A stretch of DNA of 64,000 nt from Asterias rubens (lineage: Eukaryota), in assembly GCF_902459465.1 (NCBI RefSeq), contig NC_047070.1, positions 11,160,001 to 11,224,000 of the forward strand, given 5' to 3'. This document shows positions 62,301 to 64,000 of this stretch, piece after piece. The notes beneath the pieces were generated by a model. That model worked only from the letters and a program-made list of their open reading frames with translations, made no database searches and was not told the DNA's origin. The translations under genes were made by a program, and so were the position numbers. The first letter of the stretch is position 1. Each line of letters starts with the position of its first letter.

Positions 62301-63669
62301 GCTCAGTTAAATGTTGATGCCTACCTTTACAGTGAACATTTCTCTACACAAAGCTTGCTGCACGTTTAATTTGTCTGCAGTGGCCTTGAGCTTCTCGCCT
62401 TTGCTGATGCTAGTCTTTACACCCACTGCTGACTTTGGTTTAGCAATCTTGCTGGTCTTTGACTTTGGTTGTTGCTCTTGACTGTCTTGACTAGTGACGA
62501 AATCTGGCATCAAAGATTGTTTGCGGCTGCGTTTGGTGCTGCTGGTTGATTGAACATCTGTGGTGTCATGCCTATCCCCAGGCCCAGCAAACTCTTCCAT
62601 CGAGAGCAGCAGTCTCGCTTGCTCATCCTGGAGCTCTTTCTTACTCTCTGTGAAGTTTAATTCAACAAACGTATGGATGTAGGGATGACTATTATTACAA
62701 CAAAATCTATAACAAAGGAGGAATATGCTCGAGTAAATCAGTCTGGTTCCCATAGTCAATCGTAACAGTTGATAGTTTATGTTCTTAAGTTGTTGAAGAA
62801 ACCAAACCCAATAATGATAATGCGTCTTAGAGTTTGACATATCAAGAATACAGTAGGTGATTTTTGAGATTATGTTTGGTCTTTTTGTCATTTTGAGGCA
62901 TTTTTTGTGGCTGGGTGTCACGAAAAAAGGAAGGCATCGTGAGGAGCGACTGCGTCCGACTGGGGCGCTAGTCATGCTATAGACCCGTAAACGTGGCCAA
63001 ACATACTCCGTTCCTCCGTCATTTGGCCACGGACCTATACACGGTGACATGTTTCGACATTGAACGAAAAAAAAACAGGCGTTTTTTCCCCCTAATTTTG
63101 TCCCATCCGTAAAATTTCTAACACAAATGTTGCCATTCAAATCTGTTATTCTAATGCCATGGAAGTGCCCTTTGATTTGAAACATACAAATGCCCTTTTT
63201 ACCCAAGACAAAATGGCCTTGCCCCTCTAGTGACGAAATTTGAGGCCTGAAATTTGTCTTTGTTCAACCCAAAATCATTTAAAATTTCATTGTACCCTGT
63301 CATGCTTGTTGTACCTCCATGTTGTGACTTTTGGTTTATTATTTGATGAGCCCCCCCCCCCCCCTATATAAACCAAACAACCGACTGACATGACTGAATA
63401 TCCACTCATGACTTACCACTGATTTTGATGAGTTTCCCGGGATATTTCTTGCCGTCTTTAAACCGTATTTCAGAGACGGTACCCTCCTTTCTTAGGTCTG
63501 TGCGAACGCTGACGATGTTTTCTATGCTAACTTGCTTATCGTTGATCCAGTAAACCAAACACCACGTTTTGGATTTTGACGATGGTGCTTTTGCTTCGAA
63601 GGGATTAGACCGAGGCTCCAGCCCAAACAACTCTTTCACAACAATGCTAGAGCGACTAGCGTGTGCCAT
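59345..63669 (-). CDS. BEN-domain protein (unit H). Exons 63669-63417, 62647-62325, 61701-61518, 60810-60401, 60125-59997, 59923-59692 and probably 59588-59345; one in-frame TGA at 60122-60120
   Basis: All junctions are GT-AG with consistent phases. N-terminal WCLVYWIND...SEIRFKDGKKYPGKLIKIS (SH3/Tudor-like), a coiled coil (ISKLKEQLAERDNQIRQL), a Pro-rich repeat, then BEN-like SLLSALLLAVFGESCLARGNACG...PLDAQKLQEIK. Confidence 0.7.
60440..60740 (-). repeat. Coding tandem repeat PKPNPPPPAKVT(YEA)IL, about 6-7 units of 36-45 bp, in unit H exon 4
   Basis: Repeats of ggtgactttggcaggtggaggtgg on the plus strand; all length variants are multiples of 3. Confidence 0.9.
61100..61458. mobile_element. 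Fourth TTAA MITE family (intronic in unit H)
   Basis: TIR agatgctatgtcagatttt / aaatttgacatagcatct; TTAA at 61096 and 61459. Confidence 0.85.
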
Positions 63670-64000
63670 TTTAACCTATTGACCTGCTTACAAAGGTCTA
63701 TAGACATAGGTTTCAATTTTATGAAAGAAACAGATTACAAAGGTCAATAGAACTGGGTTACAATTTACAATACGAAAGGAGTAGTAAACTGCAAATTTGC
63801 CAATTGAACAACGCGCCCTTTTCCCCCGCCCACGGCCGACCGACCGGTGTGACGACGATGACGTGTTAGCCGCATGACCATTAATATAGATAGGGGAAAT
63901 AAAACGATACCGATAAAAAATGCATTGACGTTTTTTGTATACCAAAAGCCAAACTGTGTGTTACTTGTTTATTTGTAATATATTTATTGATGCAATATGT

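Noticed and set aside
62326-62334. tttacagtg as the right-hand partner of the CACTG end at 24468
   Set aside because: It falls inside a BEN coding exon and has no subterminal repeats or TSD.
62648-63206. N-terminal ~185 aa of the 299-aa ORF 62307-63206
   Set aside because: It lies in the intron between BEN exons 1 and 2; only 62647-62325 fits the splice phases.

Overview
AT-rich eukaryotic (invertebrate animal) genomic DNA with spliceosomal introns. The repeat families suggest an echinoderm such as a sea star; this is inference, not verified. The left part (1-23 kb) holds one intact host gene, UBLCP1 (7 coding exons, 3058-17043, + strand, 320 aa by my splice reconstruction). It is embedded in MITEs, L2 and RTE-X LINE fragments, SINEs, a hAT-type non-autonomous element with an 8-bp TSD, and a decayed Penelope-type hammerhead. 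There is an assembly gap at 10844-11173. The right part (about 24-64 kb) is a stack of large, intron-containing DNA-transposon modules whose nine gene units all lie on the minus strand. From right to left they are: a BEN-domain gene; a C2H2-zinc-finger CACTA/EnSpm transposase; a SAMD3-like accessory gene; a ~1200-aa hAT-like DDE transposase ending in a Spindlin-like Tudor domain; a second SAMD3-like fragment; a G2E3-like N-terminal fragment; a Tudor-knot ORF; a RAG1/Transib/Chapaev-like transposase relic; and a SAM-domain/SAMD3-like gene. Several carry only one or two disabling lesions. Three different tandem or foldback arrays sit just upstream of three module start codons. The most notable points are the recurrent pairing of transposases with chromatin-reader or DNA-binding domains and the co-oriented architecture. 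All family assignments are motif recognition by eye; no searches were run.
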